A stretch of DNA of 64,000 nt from NCBI GenBank assembly GCA_965228735.1, contig OZ245838.1:4128001-4192000 (forward strand), in the 5' to 3' direction. Position numbers and translations under genes: made by a program. The notes under the pieces were generated by a model, which was given only the letters and a program-made list of their open reading frames with translations, was not told the DNA's origin and searched no databases. This document shows positions 9,239-19,476 of the stretch, in pieces. This DNA is from Planctomycetota bacterium (GTDB taxonomy: Bacteria; Planctomycetota; UBA1135; UBA2386). Each line of letters starts with the position of its first letter. Within the stretch, counting starts at the first letter, position 1.

Positions 9239-9732
9239 CACAGCCACCCCACGTACTGCGAGTCGAGCTCCCGCCCTAGTTTGGCGACCGTGTTCGCCTT
9301 GCCGGCGAAAACGGCCTCGACCGCGTCGTACGCGGCGTTCTTGTCCTGCTGCGTGGTGCCCGAACGCGGTTCGAGGGTCGGCCGCCCGGTCAGGACCAGC
9401 TTCAAGAAGCTCGTGCAGAAGTCGCGAGCGGCCTTCCGCTCCATGTCCGCGGACGACCCCGTCGGCCAGAACTGCAGCTGCTCCATCTTCAGCTTGCCGA
9501 CGTCGTCCCAGGACAGCGACAGCTTGAACTGCCCGAAGTAGACGAGCAGGCCGAACGTCGTCTTGTGCGCGACGTTGCTGTCCGACCACGAGGCGGCACC
9601 CGAGGGCACGACCGCGCCAGCAGTCGACGCCCGTCGCGCCGCCTTCTTGGCGACCTTCTTCTTCGTCGCCTTCTTCTTCGCCGACTTCTTCTTGGCCGAC
9701 TTCTTCGCAGCCTTCTTCTTCTTCTGGGCCAT
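9238..9732 (-). CDS. Protein with a histone H1-like Lys/Ala-rich N-terminus and an unknown globular domain
   Basis: [43 protein letters not shown] upstream. Confidence 0.8.
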   Translation of the reverse strand: MAQKKKKAAKKSAKKKSAKKKATKKKVAKKAARRASTAGAVVPSGAASWSDSNVAHKTTFGLLVYFGQFKLSLSWDDVGKLKMEQLQFWPTGSSADMERKAARDFCTSFLKLVLTGRPTLEPRSGTTQQDKNAAYDAVEAVFAGKANTVAKLGRELDSQYVGWL

Positions 9733-9876
9733 GGCTCCTTCTCCGATTCAGGGGTTTGCGCGCCGCCCTTTCCCGACGCGGCACCCGGATGGTCCCACAC
9801 GCGATCGCCGGCCTCAAGACACCCACCGATTTCTCACGCCGAGCGCGGTAGCATCCGCGGCTCGAAACCCGACGCG

Positions 9877-10839
9877 ATGCGGACCTTCCAGCAACTGATC
9901 CTCGACCTGCAGGCCTATTGGAACGAGCACGGCTGCGCCCTGCTGCAGCCCTACGACATGGAGGTCGGCGCCGGCACGAGCCACACCGCGACGTTCCTGC
10001 GCGCGCTCGGTCCCGAGCCGTGGCGCGCTGCCTACGTGCAGCCGAGCCGGCGCCCGAAGGACGGCCGCTACGGCGACAACCCCAACCGCCTGCAGCACTA
10101 CTACCAGTATCAGGTCGTCCTCAAGCCGTCGCCCGCGGACATCATGGACCTCTACCTCGGTTCGCTGCGCGCGATCGGGCTCGACCTCGAGCAGAACGAC
10201 GTGCGCTTCGTCGAGGACGACTGGGAGAACCCGACGCTCGGCTGCTGGGGCCTCGGCTGGGAGGTCTGGCTCAACGGCATGGAGGTGACGCAGTTCACCT
10301 ACTTCCAGCAGGTCGGCGGCATCGACTGCAAACCGATCACGGGTGAGATCACCTACGGGCTCGAGCGGCTGTGCATGTACATCCAGGGCGTCGAGAACGT
10401 CTATGACCTGCAGTTCGCCGACGGCCTGAAGTACGGCGACGTGTTCCACCAGAACGAGGTCGAGCAGAGCACCTACAACTTCGAGCACAGTGACGTCGAA
10501 TTCCTGCTCACGGCGTTCGACGCCTACGAACGCCAGTCGCAGCACCTGATGTCACAAGAGCTCGCGCTGCCCGCCTACGAGCGGCTGCTCGAAGCCGGCC
10601 ACACGTTCAACCTGCTCGACGCGCGCGGCGCGATCAGCGTCACGGAGCGCGCGGCCTACATCGGCCGCATCCGCAACCTCGCGCGCGCCGTCGCGCAGAG
10701 CTACGTCGACAGTCGGGCGCGCCTCGGCTTCCCGATGGCGCCCAAGGAATGGGCCGACGAGACGGTGCAGAAGCTCGAAGCCGCGCGCGAGAAGGCCGCG
10801 AAGAAGGCGGCCAAGCAGAGCAAGAAGAAGGGCGCCTGA
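9877..10839 (+). CDS. glyQ: Glycine--tRNA ligase alpha subunit
   Basis: [15 protein letters not shown]...[71 protein letters not shown]. Confidence 0.98.
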   Translation: MRTFQQLILDLQAYWNEHGCALLQPYDMEVGAGTSHTATFLRALGPEPWRAAYVQPSRRPKDGRYGDNPNRLQHYYQYQVVLKPSPADIMDLYLGSLRAIGLDLEQNDVRFVEDDWENPTLGCWGLGWEVWLNGMEVTQFTYFQQVGGIDCKPITGEITYGLERLCMYIQGVENVYDLQFADGLKYGDVFHQNEVEQSTYNFEHSDVEFLLTAFDAYERQSQHLMSQELALPAYERLLEAGHTFNLLDARGAISVTERAAYIGRIRNLARAVAQSYVDSRARLGFPMAPKEWADETVQKLEAAREKAAKKAAKQSKKKGA

Positions 10840-11028
10840 GTCGCCACCGGTCGCCGTCGATCGCTGCCGACTGCCACGGATCGCTCCGGTGCAGCCGGAG
10901 GGCCCACGTGAAGGTGTGACAGGTTGTCGCCCTTACCGGCCACTACGGGGGCGCCGCGGGTTTGGCTTTGGCAATCGGCGACTCGTCCGCCTTCAATGCC
11001 AGCCCGTTCCTCCACCACTCAGGATCTC

Positions 11029-11493
11029 ATGTCAGAAGGAAAGCGCCCTGGCGGGCTGACCGCCCTCGCCGTCATCAACTTCGTGTTCACCGGGTTCGGT
11101 GCGCTCAATCTGCTCGCCCTGGCTGCGCTGCTGGCGTTCATCAGCCTCGCCGACACCTCCGACGCGGACATCCCCGAGGGCCTGCGGGAAGCCGTCGAGA
11201 TGTGGAAAGAGATCGGCGTCGGGTTCTTCTACGTTGCGCTGTTGCTCGAGTTGGTGAACACCACACTGCTGCTGCTGTCGGGCATCGGCTACCTCAAGCA
11301 GAAGAAGTTCCTGGGTCGGGGCCTCGGCTCGCTCTATGGCGTGCTCGGGATCGTCGGCGTCGCTGCGACGACGCTCATGGTGCAGAACGACGCCGTCGGT
11401 GGCTTCCAACTGCTGACACTGCTCGCCGTCATCTACCCCCTGCTCACGCTGATCCTGCTGAACACCACGTTCAAGCACGACTTCATCCGCTGA
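11029..11493 (+). CDS. Hypothetical 4-TM membrane protein
   Basis: MSEGKRPGGLTALAVINFVF...; four hydrophobic helices; lies directly upstream of the ABC genes. Confidence 0.8.
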   Translation: MSEGKRPGGLTALAVINFVFTGFGALNLLALAALLAFISLADTSDADIPEGLREAVEMWKEIGVGFFYVALLLELVNTTLLLLSGIGYLKQKKFLGRGLGSLYGVLGIVGVAATTLMVQNDAVGGFQLLTLLAVIYPLLTLILLNTTFKHDFIR

Positions 11494-11511
11494 CCAAGAG
11501 CCGAACGTCCG

Positions 11512-12447
11512 ATGAACGGCCGCCAGATCGCACTGATCGCCAAGTACTCGACGCGCTACTCCGTGCGCGGCGGCATCGGGCTGGTCTTCCTGCTCCTGTC
11601 CCTGTCGTTCGGCCTGCTGTCAGCGCACATCATGCTGCAGCCGGTCGAGATCGTTGTGAAACAGATCTCGGAGCAGAACGAGAACGCAGACAAGGGCGAA
11701 CTCACCGAGATGGTCCTCGAGCGCATGGTCAAGGAAGCCGCGCCGGTCGTCAGCTGGATGCTGTCGAGTTCCAGCGCCAATGACGACGATGAGACCGCGG
11801 CTGAGAAAGCCGAAGCCGCGGACGCGTGGGCCGAGTATCTGCTCGAAGAGCGCCCGGCGGTACTGTCCGCGATCTTCCTCATCCTGCTGTTTGGATGGCC
11901 CTTCATCGTCGCGATCGGCGCGTTCGACATCTACGCCGGCGACATCGGCTCGCGGCAGCTGCGCTACCAGCTGTTGCGCGTCGACCGCGGCAGCATCTTC
12001 TTCGGGCGATTGCTCGGCATGCTGGCGACGTTCGCCCTCGTGCTGTTACTGCTCGCGAGCACCGTCGTGCTCTACATGGGGCTCAAGCTCCCCATGTATG
12101 GCTGGGGTGAACTGGTCTCGTGGGCCTTGCAAGGCACGGCCGCGATCCTGTTCGTCTCGATTCCGTACGTAGCGCTCTGCGCGTGGATCTCGGCATCCAT
12201 CGGCAGTTCGTTCGCCGCGCTCACGATCAGCAAACTCGTAATCGCCGGCGTTCCGATGTTCGCGACGTTCGGCTCCTACACCCACGAGGCGGCCGGCTAC
12301 ATCAAGTACCTGCTGCCCTGGGGCGTGCAGAACCGACTGCTGCACCCCGAGTGGAGCCAGTTGCTGCTCGCCGCCGGGGTGTGTCTCGCGCAGACCGCGC
12401 TGTTCACCTGGCTCGGCTACCGCAAGTTCACGAGGCGCGACCTGTGA
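11512..12447 (+). CDS. ABC-2-type transporter permease
   Basis: About 6 TM helices; GDIGSRQLRYQLLRVDRGSIFFGR motif; C-terminus FTRRDL; coupled to the ATPase. Confidence 0.85.
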   Translation: MNGRQIALIAKYSTRYSVRGGIGLVFLLLSLSFGLLSAHIMLQPVEIVVKQISEQNENADKGELTEMVLERMVKEAAPVVSWMLSSSSANDDDETAAEKAEAADAWAEYLLEERPAVLSAIFLILLFGWPFIVAIGAFDIYAGDIGSRQLRYQLLRVDRGSIFFGRLLGMLATFALVLLLLASTVVLYMGLKLPMYGWGELVSWALQGTAAILFVSIPYVALCAWISASIGSSFAALTISKLVIAGVPMFATFGSYTHEAAGYIKYLLPWGVQNRLLHPEWSQLLLAAGVCLAQTALFTWLGYRKFTRRDL

Positions 12448-13472
12448 CCGCACCGCCACCCGTTCCCTCCCCGGCGACGCCAGAAGCGGCGACCGGGCGT
12501 CAGGCGATCCGCGTGCAGAACGTCAGCAAGACGTTCGGCACGACCAAGGCGCTCGACGATGTCAGCTTCGACGTCCCCGCGGGTTCGATCTTCGGCCTGC
12601 TCGGCCCCAACGGCGCGGGCAAGACGACGCTGTTCTCGATCACGGCGGGGTTCCTGCAGGCCGACAGCGGTCAGCTGCAGGTGCTCGACACCGACATCCA
12701 ACGCGTCTCGCAGCTGCAGGGCCGCATGACGATCCTGCCGCAGGACGCGTCGTTCCAGAAGAACGTGCCGCTGCTCGACCAGCTCGTGTTCTTCCGTCGG
12801 CTCGACGGCAGCGATCCGGAGACGGCGAAGGAGGAAGTGGTCGAAGCGCTCGAGAAGGTCGGCCTCGCCGAATACCAGCAGCGCGGCATCCACGCGCTGT
12901 CGCACGGCATGCTCAAGCGCCTCGGCATCGCCCAGGCGTTCCTCGGCAACCCCGAGGTCATCATCCTCGACGAGCCGACGTCCGGGCTCGATCCGCAGAA
13001 CGCGCGCCAGATCCGCGACCTCGTGCGCGACCTGCAGAAGTCGGCCAACGTCACGACCGTCGTGAGCTCGCACAATCTCGCCGAGATCCAGGAGCTCTGC
13101 GACCACGTCGCGATCCTAGACCACGGCAAGGTCCGCGCGTGCGGCCCCGTCGAGGAGATCACGCGCAGCAGCCTGATGCTCGAGCTCACGACCTCGCGGC
13201 CGCTGCTGCCGGCCGACTGCGCGGCGCTGACGGACATCGCCGGCGTCACGACGATCGACGATCGCGGCCCGACGCGATACACGGCGCGACTCGCGCTGCC
13301 CCCCGGTCGGTCGGCGGACGACGTGCTCATGGCGGTGCTCCGCGCCCTCATGGACCGCGGCATCACGCCGCGCGGGGTCTCGCAGGGCAACAGCCTCGAA
13401 GAGTTCTTCCTGTCCGTCACCGGCGGTTCGGTGACTGACGGCGAGTCGGCTGATAGCGTCACCGCCGACTGA
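12444..13472 (+). CDS. ABC transporter ATP-binding protein
   Basis: Walker A GPNGAGKTT, signature LSHGM, Walker B IILDEPTSGLD, H-loop SSH; GTG start overlaps the permease stop. Confidence 0.95.
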   Translation: MTAPPPVPSPATPEAATGRQAIRVQNVSKTFGTTKALDDVSFDVPAGSIFGLLGPNGAGKTTLFSITAGFLQADSGQLQVLDTDIQRVSQLQGRMTILPQDASFQKNVPLLDQLVFFRRLDGSDPETAKEEVVEALEKVGLAEYQQRGIHALSHGMLKRLGIAQAFLGNPEVIILDEPTSGLDPQNARQIRDLVRDLQKSANVTTVVSSHNLAEIQELCDHVAILDHGKVRACGPVEEITRSSLMLELTTSRPLLPADCAALTDIAGVTTIDDRGPTRYTARLALPPGRSADDVLMAVLRALMDRGITPRGVSQGNSLEEFFLSVTGGSVTDGESADSVTAD

Positions 13473-13529
13473 CCGGCCGGCCCACCACGGCCGGCGCCGC
13501 TCCAACAGCCAACGCCAGCCGACCCCGCC

Positions 13530-15698
13530 GTGACCGCGACCGCGACATCGAAGAACCTGCTCGTCGAACTCTTCGTCGAAGAGCTCCCCCCGAAGGCCCT
13601 CGATAAGCTCGGCCGCGCGTTCGCCGACGGCATCGTTCGCGGACTGCGCGAGCAGGGACTCTGCAGCGACGACGCCCGACTCACCCCGTTCGCCACGCCG
13701 CGCCGACTCGCGGTGCACATCCAGAACGTGCTCGCCCAGGCCGCCGACAAGCAGGTCGAGATCAAGCTCGTCCCCGTCGCGATCGGTCTCGACGACGACG
13801 GTCAGCCGACCAAGGTGCTGGCGAAGAAGCTCAGTGCGATCGGCGCGGACGTGAGCGTCGTGCCGCAGCTGCGGCAGGCGAGCGACGGCAAGAAGGACAC
13901 GCTGTGGCTCGACCGCACCGAGCCGGGCGTCGACCTCGTCGCCGGGCTGCAGAAGGCGCTCGACGACGCCGTCGCCAAGCTGCCGATCCCCAAGGTGATG
14001 ACGTACCAGCAGCAGGACGGCTGGACGGACGTCAAGTTCGTGCGGCCCGCGCATCGCCTGATCGCGCTGCACGGCAGCGAGGTCGTGCCCGTCACGACGC
14101 TCGGACTCACCGCCGGACGGGAGACGCAAGGTCATCGCTTCGAGGCCGGCAACGTCGTGATCGACGTTCGCGATGCCGACAGCTACGCCGCGCAGCTCGA
14201 GAACGACGGCCGCGTGCTCGCGTCGTTCGCGGCCCGGCGCGACGCGATCCGAGCGCAGCTCGACGAGCGCGCGCAGGACCTGAACCTCACACCGATCGCC
14301 GACGACGATCTGCTCGACGAGGTCACCGCACTCGTCGAGCTGCCGAACGTGCTGGCCTGCGGCTTCGAGGACGAGTTCCTCAGCGTGCCGCAGGAATGCC
14401 TCATCCTGACGATGAAGCAGAACCAGAAGTACTTCCCGCTGCTCGACTCCGTGGGCAAGTTGACCAACCGCTTCCTCATCGTCAGCAACATCGCGCCAAA
14501 GGACCCGGGCGCGGTCATCGAGGGCAACGAGCGCGTCGTGCGACCGCGGCTCGCCGACGCCAAGTTCTTCTTCGACCAGGACCGGAAGAACACGCTCGAG
14601 TCGCGCTTGCCGCGACTCGCGAAGGTCGTCTACCACAACAAGCTCGGCTCGCAGCTCGAGCGCGTCGAACGCGTGCGGGCGATCGCGCGGGCCATCGGCA
14701 AGCGCCTCGGCGACGACCGGTCGGGCAGCGGGGGGTCGGGTAGCGGGGAAGCTGGTGGCGCAGACCTCGCGGCCCAGGCCGACCGCGCAGCCCAGCTCGG
14801 CAAGGGCGACCTGCTGACCGAGATGGTCGGCGAGTTCCCCGAGCTGCAGGGCATCATGGGCGGCTACTACGCGCTCAACGACGGCGAGCCCGAGGCGATC
14901 GCGCATGCGATCGAGGACCACTACAAGCCGCGGTTCGCCGGCGACGAGCTGCCGCGCAACGACGTCGGCCTCGTCGTGGCGCTGGCCGACAAGCTCGAGA
15001 CGCTCGTCGGCATGTTCGGCATCGGCCAGAAGCCGACGGGCGACAAGGACCCGTTCGCGCTGCGGCGCCACGCGCTCGGCGTGATCCGCATGCTCATCGG
15101 CAGCGAGTCGCCGCTCGAACTCGAAGAGCTCATCGGCTTCGCCGTGCCCGCGTTCGCGAGCAGCGGCGACCACGCGATCGAGGACCCGACGGCCGCGCTG
15201 TCGGACTTCGTGTTCGACCGCCTGCAGAACGCGCTGCGCGATGACGGCTACACGGCGCAGGAGGTCGCGGCCGTCGTGTCGCTGCGACCGCAGCAACTCG
15301 CGGACGTGCCCCGGCGTCTCGCCGCGGTGCGCGCGTTCGCCGCGCTCCCCGAGGCCGAAGCACTCGCCGCCGCCAACAAGCGCATCGGCAACATCCTCAA
15401 GAAGGGGACGGTCGACCCGGGCGTGGCGGTGCAGGAGAGCCTGCTCCGTGAAGACGCCGAGCGCCGCCTGTGGCAGGCGCTCACCGAGACCGACCGCGCC
15501 GCGCAGGAGCAGCTCGCGGCCGGGGATTACACCGCGGCGCTCAGCCGATGTGCGGCACTGCGCGAGCCGGTCGACGCGTTCTTCGAAGCCGTCATGGTCA
15601 ACGCGGACGACGACGGTTTACGGCGCAACCGACTCGCGCTCCTCGCGCGCTTGCAACGGCTGATGAACGGCATCGCCGACCTCGCGCAGCTCGCGTAA
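13530..15698 (+). CDS. glyS: Glycine--tRNA ligase beta subunit
   Basis: LLVELFVEELPPKAL, TPRRLAV, FVRPAH, GNERVVRPRLADAKFFF, MVGEFPELQGIMG, KDPFALRR, AAANKRIGNIL, FFEAVMVN...RRNRLALL. Confidence 0.98.
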   Translation: MTATATSKNLLVELFVEELPPKALDKLGRAFADGIVRGLREQGLCSDDARLTPFATPRRLAVHIQNVLAQAADKQVEIKLVPVAIGLDDDGQPTKVLAKKLSAIGADVSVVPQLRQASDGKKDTLWLDRTEPGVDLVAGLQKALDDAVAKLPIPKVMTYQQQDGWTDVKFVRPAHRLIALHGSEVVPVTTLGLTAGRETQGHRFEAGNVVIDVRDADSYAAQLENDGRVLASFAARRDAIRAQLDERAQDLNLTPIADDDLLDEVTALVELPNVLACGFEDEFLSVPQECLILTMKQNQKYFPLLDSVGKLTNRFLIVSNIAPKDPGAVIEGNERVVRPRLADAKFFFDQDRKNTLESRLPRLAKVVYHNKLGSQLERVERVRAIARAIGKRLGDDRSGSGGSGSGEAGGADLAAQADRAAQLGKGDLLTEMVGEFPELQGIMGGYYALNDGEPEAIAHAIEDHYKPRFAGDELPRNDVGLVVALADKLETLVGMFGIGQKPTGDKDPFALRRHALGVIRMLIGSESPLELEELIGFAVPAFASSGDHAIEDPTAALSDFVFDRLQNALRDDGYTAQEVAAVVSLRPQQLADVPRRLAAVRAFAALPEAEALAAANKRIGNILKKGTVDPGVAVQESLLREDAERRLWQALTETDRAAQEQLAAGDYTAALSRCAALREPVDAFFEAVMVNADDDGLRRNRLALLARLQRLMNGIADLAQLA

Positions 15699-15882
15699 TC
15701 CGACCCGGGTCGCGCGCCAGAATCGCTCGACCGTACACAGCCGGGCGATCGGCCCCTTCCGAACGCCGAGGTGATTCACCCAACGACGCAACACGTCACG
15801 GGAGAGAGGCTATGATCTTTCGACCGGCTGGATCGCGTTATCTCTGCGCGCTCCACCACACCTCTCCTTTTCCTACCCAGCC

Positions 15883-17649
15883 ATGCTGAAACAAACTCTC
15901 TTCGCCATCACCGCACTGACGTGCAGTGCGCTGAGCCAAAGCCCCCTCTCGACCTTCAACGCTCCGAACAACCAGGGCAACATCGGCGGCATCGTCTACT
16001 TCGACCTGACCGTCGGTGCCACGAACATCACCATCACCGACCTCGCCTGGGTGCCGGCAGCGATCGGCGCACAGGGCGGCGGCATGGACATCTACATGGG
16101 CCCGGCCAGCTGGCAGGGTAGCCAGTCGTCCGCCGCGGCGTGGTCCGTCGTCGCCTCGACGGCCGGCTCCGTCCCGCTGACGGCCGGCACGTTGACCGCG
16201 CCCGATCCGCTCAACAACGCGATCTGCCTCGAGGCGAACACGACCTATGGCTTCGCGCTCGTCGCCACCAACGGCACGTCGGGCTTCTCGCACAACTACC
16301 AGAACGGCACGGGTTGCCCGCTGACCGGCACGGCCACGGGTATCGGCAACGTCAGCACCAACGAACTGCAGTTCATCGGCGGCGCCGCCCAGAACGCCCC
16401 GTTCAACGGCACGGGCGTCTTCTGCCCGCGCGTCTGGCAGGGTGAGATCCACTACACGGTCGACCCGACCTGCACGCCGATCGCCGTCGCGACGAACGAG
16501 CAGTACGGCGAAGGCTGCGTCAAGGACCGCACCTCGTACGACGAGCAGTTCCTCAACCCGTCCACGTCGCTCGACGTCGCGGGCATCACGGTCCTGCACC
16601 AGTTCACCGGCAGCACGTACAACGTGTCGGTCGGCGGCACCCCGTTCACCCCGCCGGGTGCGGGCGCGATCGCGCTGCCGGTCACGTCCAACACGGACGT
16701 CCAGAGCGTCGCGGCCAACAACACGGGCGGCCAGCTGCCGTTCCCGGTCTTCTTCCCGAACGGCGCCGGTGGCGTCGGCATCGCTGACGACCTCGAGGTT
16801 TGCGCTTCGGGTTACGTGACCCCGGTCGACGTGGCCGGCGCGGGCACGACGGCGCCGGCTCCGGGCTCCAACCCGGGCGACCTGTCGTCCACGCTCGATG
16901 AGTTCCTCCAGGGTGCGGCGCGCTGGTGCCCGAACTGGGTGAACCAGGATCCGAGCACGAGCGGCTCGGTCGTCTTCGAAGTCCTCGGCGCCGGCGCTGA
17001 GCTCGTCGTCACCTGGTCCGCCGTCCCGTACGGTGGCCTCGCGACGAGCGCCAACACCTACCAGATCGCGTTCTTCGCGAACGGCGACGTCGAGTTCCGC
17101 TACGACGCGTCGCAGACCGGCGCTGGCGCCGGTGGCTCGTGGCCGACCCTGATCGGTTGGACCCCGGGTCCGGCGCCGGGTGCGACCCAGGCGCTGCAGA
17201 ACTCGCTCGACGTGTCGTCGATCAACCTCACGACCTCGCCGATCGACAACCAGGAGCTCTTCATCGACCTGGACATGCGTCCGGTGATCGGCACGAACCC
17301 GAACATCGTCCTCGACGGCTACGATCCGGCGCAGGCGGCCCTCGTGTTCCTGCTGTTCAACTTCACGCCGGACGTCCCGGGCACGCTGCTCTCGAGCCTC
17401 GGCATCGGAGCGGGTGACTGCCGCGGCTACGTCGCGATCAACTTCAACGCGCTCGCGCTCGGCACCGGCGGCGTCGCCCCGGTGACGCGCAGTCTCGTTG
17501 GTGGTCCGATCCCGTCGGGCGCCGGCCTCAACGGCCTCGAGTTCTACATCCAGGGCGCCGCCCTGCAGGCGAACTGCGCCAACGGCCCGTGCAACCCGCT
17601 CGGCGCCACGTTCTCGAACGGTCTGCGCATCTTCATCGGCCTGCTCTAG
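15883..17649 (+). CDS. Secreted Gly/Thr/Asn-rich protein with the shared C-terminal domain
   Basis: Signal peptide MLKQTLFAITALTCSALSQ; internal YGEGC; ends LNGLEFYIQ...FSNGLRIFIG; followed by a terminator. Confidence 0.88.
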   Translation: MLKQTLFAITALTCSALSQSPLSTFNAPNNQGNIGGIVYFDLTVGATNITITDLAWVPAAIGAQGGGMDIYMGPASWQGSQSSAAAWSVVASTAGSVPLTAGTLTAPDPLNNAICLEANTTYGFALVATNGTSGFSHNYQNGTGCPLTGTATGIGNVSTNELQFIGGAAQNAPFNGTGVFCPRVWQGEIHYTVDPTCTPIAVATNEQYGEGCVKDRTSYDEQFLNPSTSLDVAGITVLHQFTGSTYNVSVGGTPFTPPGAGAIALPVTSNTDVQSVAANNTGGQLPFPVFFPNGAGGVGIADDLEVCASGYVTPVDVAGAGTTAPAPGSNPGDLSSTLDEFLQGAARWCPNWVNQDPSTSGSVVFEVLGAGAELVVTWSAVPYGGLATSANTYQIAFFANGDVEFRYDASQTGAGAGGSWPTLIGWTPGPAPGATQALQNSLDVSSINLTTSPIDNQELFIDLDMRPVIGTNPNIVLDGYDPAQAALVFLLFNFTPDVPGTLLSSLGIGAGDCRGYVAINFNALALGTGGVAPVTRSLVGGPIPSGAGLNGLEFYIQGAALQANCANGPCNPLGATFSNGLRIFIGLL

Positions 17650-17695
17650 GTCGATGTCGGAAAGAGCCGCGACGCTCCGGCGTCGCGGGTCGAAG

Positions 17696-17731
17696 GAAGG
17701 CCGCGGTGACATCGTCATCGCGGCCTTCTTT
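17696..17731 (+). terminator. Rho-independent terminator
   Basis: GAAGGCCGCGGTGAC-ATC-GTCATCGCGGCCTTC followed by TTT, between convergent genes; a second hairpin lies at 17667-17688. Confidence 0.8.
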
Positions 17732-17759
17732 CGTCTGGACTCGAAAGCCGTGCCCCGGA

Positions 17760-18458
17760 CTAGCCGAAGCGCAGGAACCCGACCGGATCACCGACGACCG
17801 CGGTCTCGACGAGCTCGTCGTCCGCATCGTAGGCCACGCCCAAAGCCAGCGCCGGCTCGAGGAACCACGCGGCCTCCTCGGCCGACGTCGTAACCCAGCC
17901 GGGCAACGTGATCGCCTCGAACAACTGGCGGGCGAGTTCACGCGCGTTCTCGCGTTCGGCGGCGAAGCGCTCGACGTCGAGCTGCACGGGCGCGATGCGG
18001 CCGTAGGTGACATCGCTCAGCAGCGGCCAGGTCTCGGGGTCGGTGAACAGGCTGATGCACCCGACGTGGTCGAACGCCGCCGCCGTCGCCATCGATCGCG
18101 CGTCGGCGGCGAGCAGCTCCAACCCCGCGGGCGCACCCGCGCGTCGCAACGCGGCGTTGATGAGATCGCACTCGGCCTGTCGCAAATTGGTCGCGACCAC
18201 CCCGCGACCCCGGGCTTGTTCGGCGAGGAGTACGGGCAGTTCGCCCAGGCCAGCTCCCACCCAGAGCGACCGCCCGGCTCGCGGCAGCCGCCGCAGCAAA
18301 TGGTGGGCGAGCTGATCGCCCAATTCGACCAGGGCGTCGCGCCGGCTTCGCAGTTCGGATTCGCCTGCTTCGTGGAAGTAGATGTCACCGAGCGCGCGCC
18401 AGTCCAGGGCGTCGAGCACGCGCGCGAGCAGCCTGGACTGATCGTTCGGGTCCGTCAT
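17760..18458 (-). CDS. Class I SAM-dependent methyltransferase-like protein
   Basis: Start MTDPNDQ; motif I-like SLWVGAGLGEL, then LLAADAR and FDHVGC. Confidence 0.6.
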   Translation of the reverse strand: MTDPNDQSRLLARVLDALDWRALGDIYFHEAGESELRSRRDALVELGDQLAHHLLRRLPRAGRSLWVGAGLGELPVLLAEQARGRGVVATNLRQAECDLINAALRRAGAPAGLELLAADARSMATAAAFDHVGCISLFTDPETWPLLSDVTYGRIAPVQLDVERFAAERENARELARQLFEAITLPGWVTTSAEEAAWFLEPALALGVAYDADDELVETAVVGDPVGFLRFG

Positions 18459-18481
18459 CGGGCAGCGATACCGCGACGCGC

Positions 18482-18835
18482 CTACTGCCGGATCGTGCCG
18501 AGCTGATAGAGCATCGGCCAGTTGAAGATCCCGGTCTTGTGACCGTCGGTCCACACGAAGCTCAGCCCGTAGCGTCCGACGAGCTCCTGGCCGAGGATCA
18601 GGATGTCCTCGGGAATCGTCTTCGGGTCGAGCAACGCGCGCCCCGTGCCTTCCTCGATGCAGTTCGCGCACGGGCACGCGAGGCGCAGATCGCGCGCCGC
18701 ATAGTCGTGCACGACGCCGTCCTTCCATTCGATGCGGAACACGAACGGCGAGACGAGCTCGGCGGCCCGGGGCTCGGGCCGTGGCGGCTGGTGAGGCGAG
18801 GGCTGGCCAGGTTGAGGCTGCGGAGACTGCGTCAT
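18482..18835 (-). CDS. DUF971 / gamma-butyrobetaine hydroxylase N-terminal-like Zn-binding protein
   Basis: IEWKDG...LRLACPCANC...VGRYGLSFVWTDGHKTGIFNW. Confidence 0.9.
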   Translation of the reverse strand: MTQSPQPQPGQPSPHQPPRPEPRAAELVSPFVFRIEWKDGVVHDYAARDLRLACPCANCIEEGTGRALLDPKTIPEDILILGQELVGRYGLSFVWTDGHKTGIFNWPMLYQLGTIRQ

Positions 18836-18854
18836 GTTCGAGTAGGGTGCTCGG

Positions 18855-19472
18855 GTGCGAACCGGTGCGTTGATTCTGGCAGGTGGGCGCAGCGAGCGCA
18901 TGGGACAACCCAAAGAGCTGCTGCAGTTCGGTGACGAATCGCTGCTCTGCCGGATCAGCACCGCGCTGAGCACGGCCGCGATGCCCGTCGTCGTCGTTCG
19001 CCGGACCGCAGACCAACCCCTGCCGGAGCTGCCGAGCACGGTCACGGTCATCACCGACGATCGCCCTGGCGCCGGGCCGCTCGCCGCGCTCGCGACGGGG
19101 CTGCGGCACCTGATCGGGGCCGCAGCCTTCGGGCCGGACGACGCGGCGTTCGTGACCGCCTGCGACAGCCCGTTCCTGCGGGGTACCGACGTCGCCTGGC
19201 TCGCCGGCCTGCTCGGCGCCCACGACGCGGTGATCCCGGCGCCGAACGGCGAGCTGCAGCCGACCTGCGCGGTCTACCGTTGCCGCTGCCTCGCGGCCGC
19301 GGAAGCGCTGCTGCAGCAGAGCGTGATGGCGCCACGCGAACTCATCCGCGCACTCGCGGCCCGCACGCTCACGACCGACGAACTGCGGCAGCACGACCCG
19401 GATCTGCGCTTCTTGCGCAACGTGAACACGCCGGAGGAGTATCGGCGCGCGCTCGCCGACGCGGCATACTGA
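18855..19472 (+). CDS. mobA: Molybdenum cofactor guanylyltransferase-like NTP transferase
   Basis: LILAGGRSERMGQPK, GPLAAL, TACDSPFL, NVNTPEEY. Confidence 0.88.
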   Translation: MRTGALILAGGRSERMGQPKELLQFGDESLLCRISTALSTAAMPVVVVRRTADQPLPELPSTVTVITDDRPGAGPLAALATGLRHLIGAAAFGPDDAAFVTACDSPFLRGTDVAWLAGLLGAHDAVIPAPNGELQPTCAVYRCRCLAAAEALLQQSVMAPRELIRALAARTLTTDELRQHDPDLRFLRNVNTPEEYRRALADAAY

Positions 19473-19476
19473 CCGG

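Noticed and set aside
9733..9876. T-box riboswitch upstream of glyQ
   Set aside because: The region is short, shared with a divergent gene, and has no T-box consensus or terminator
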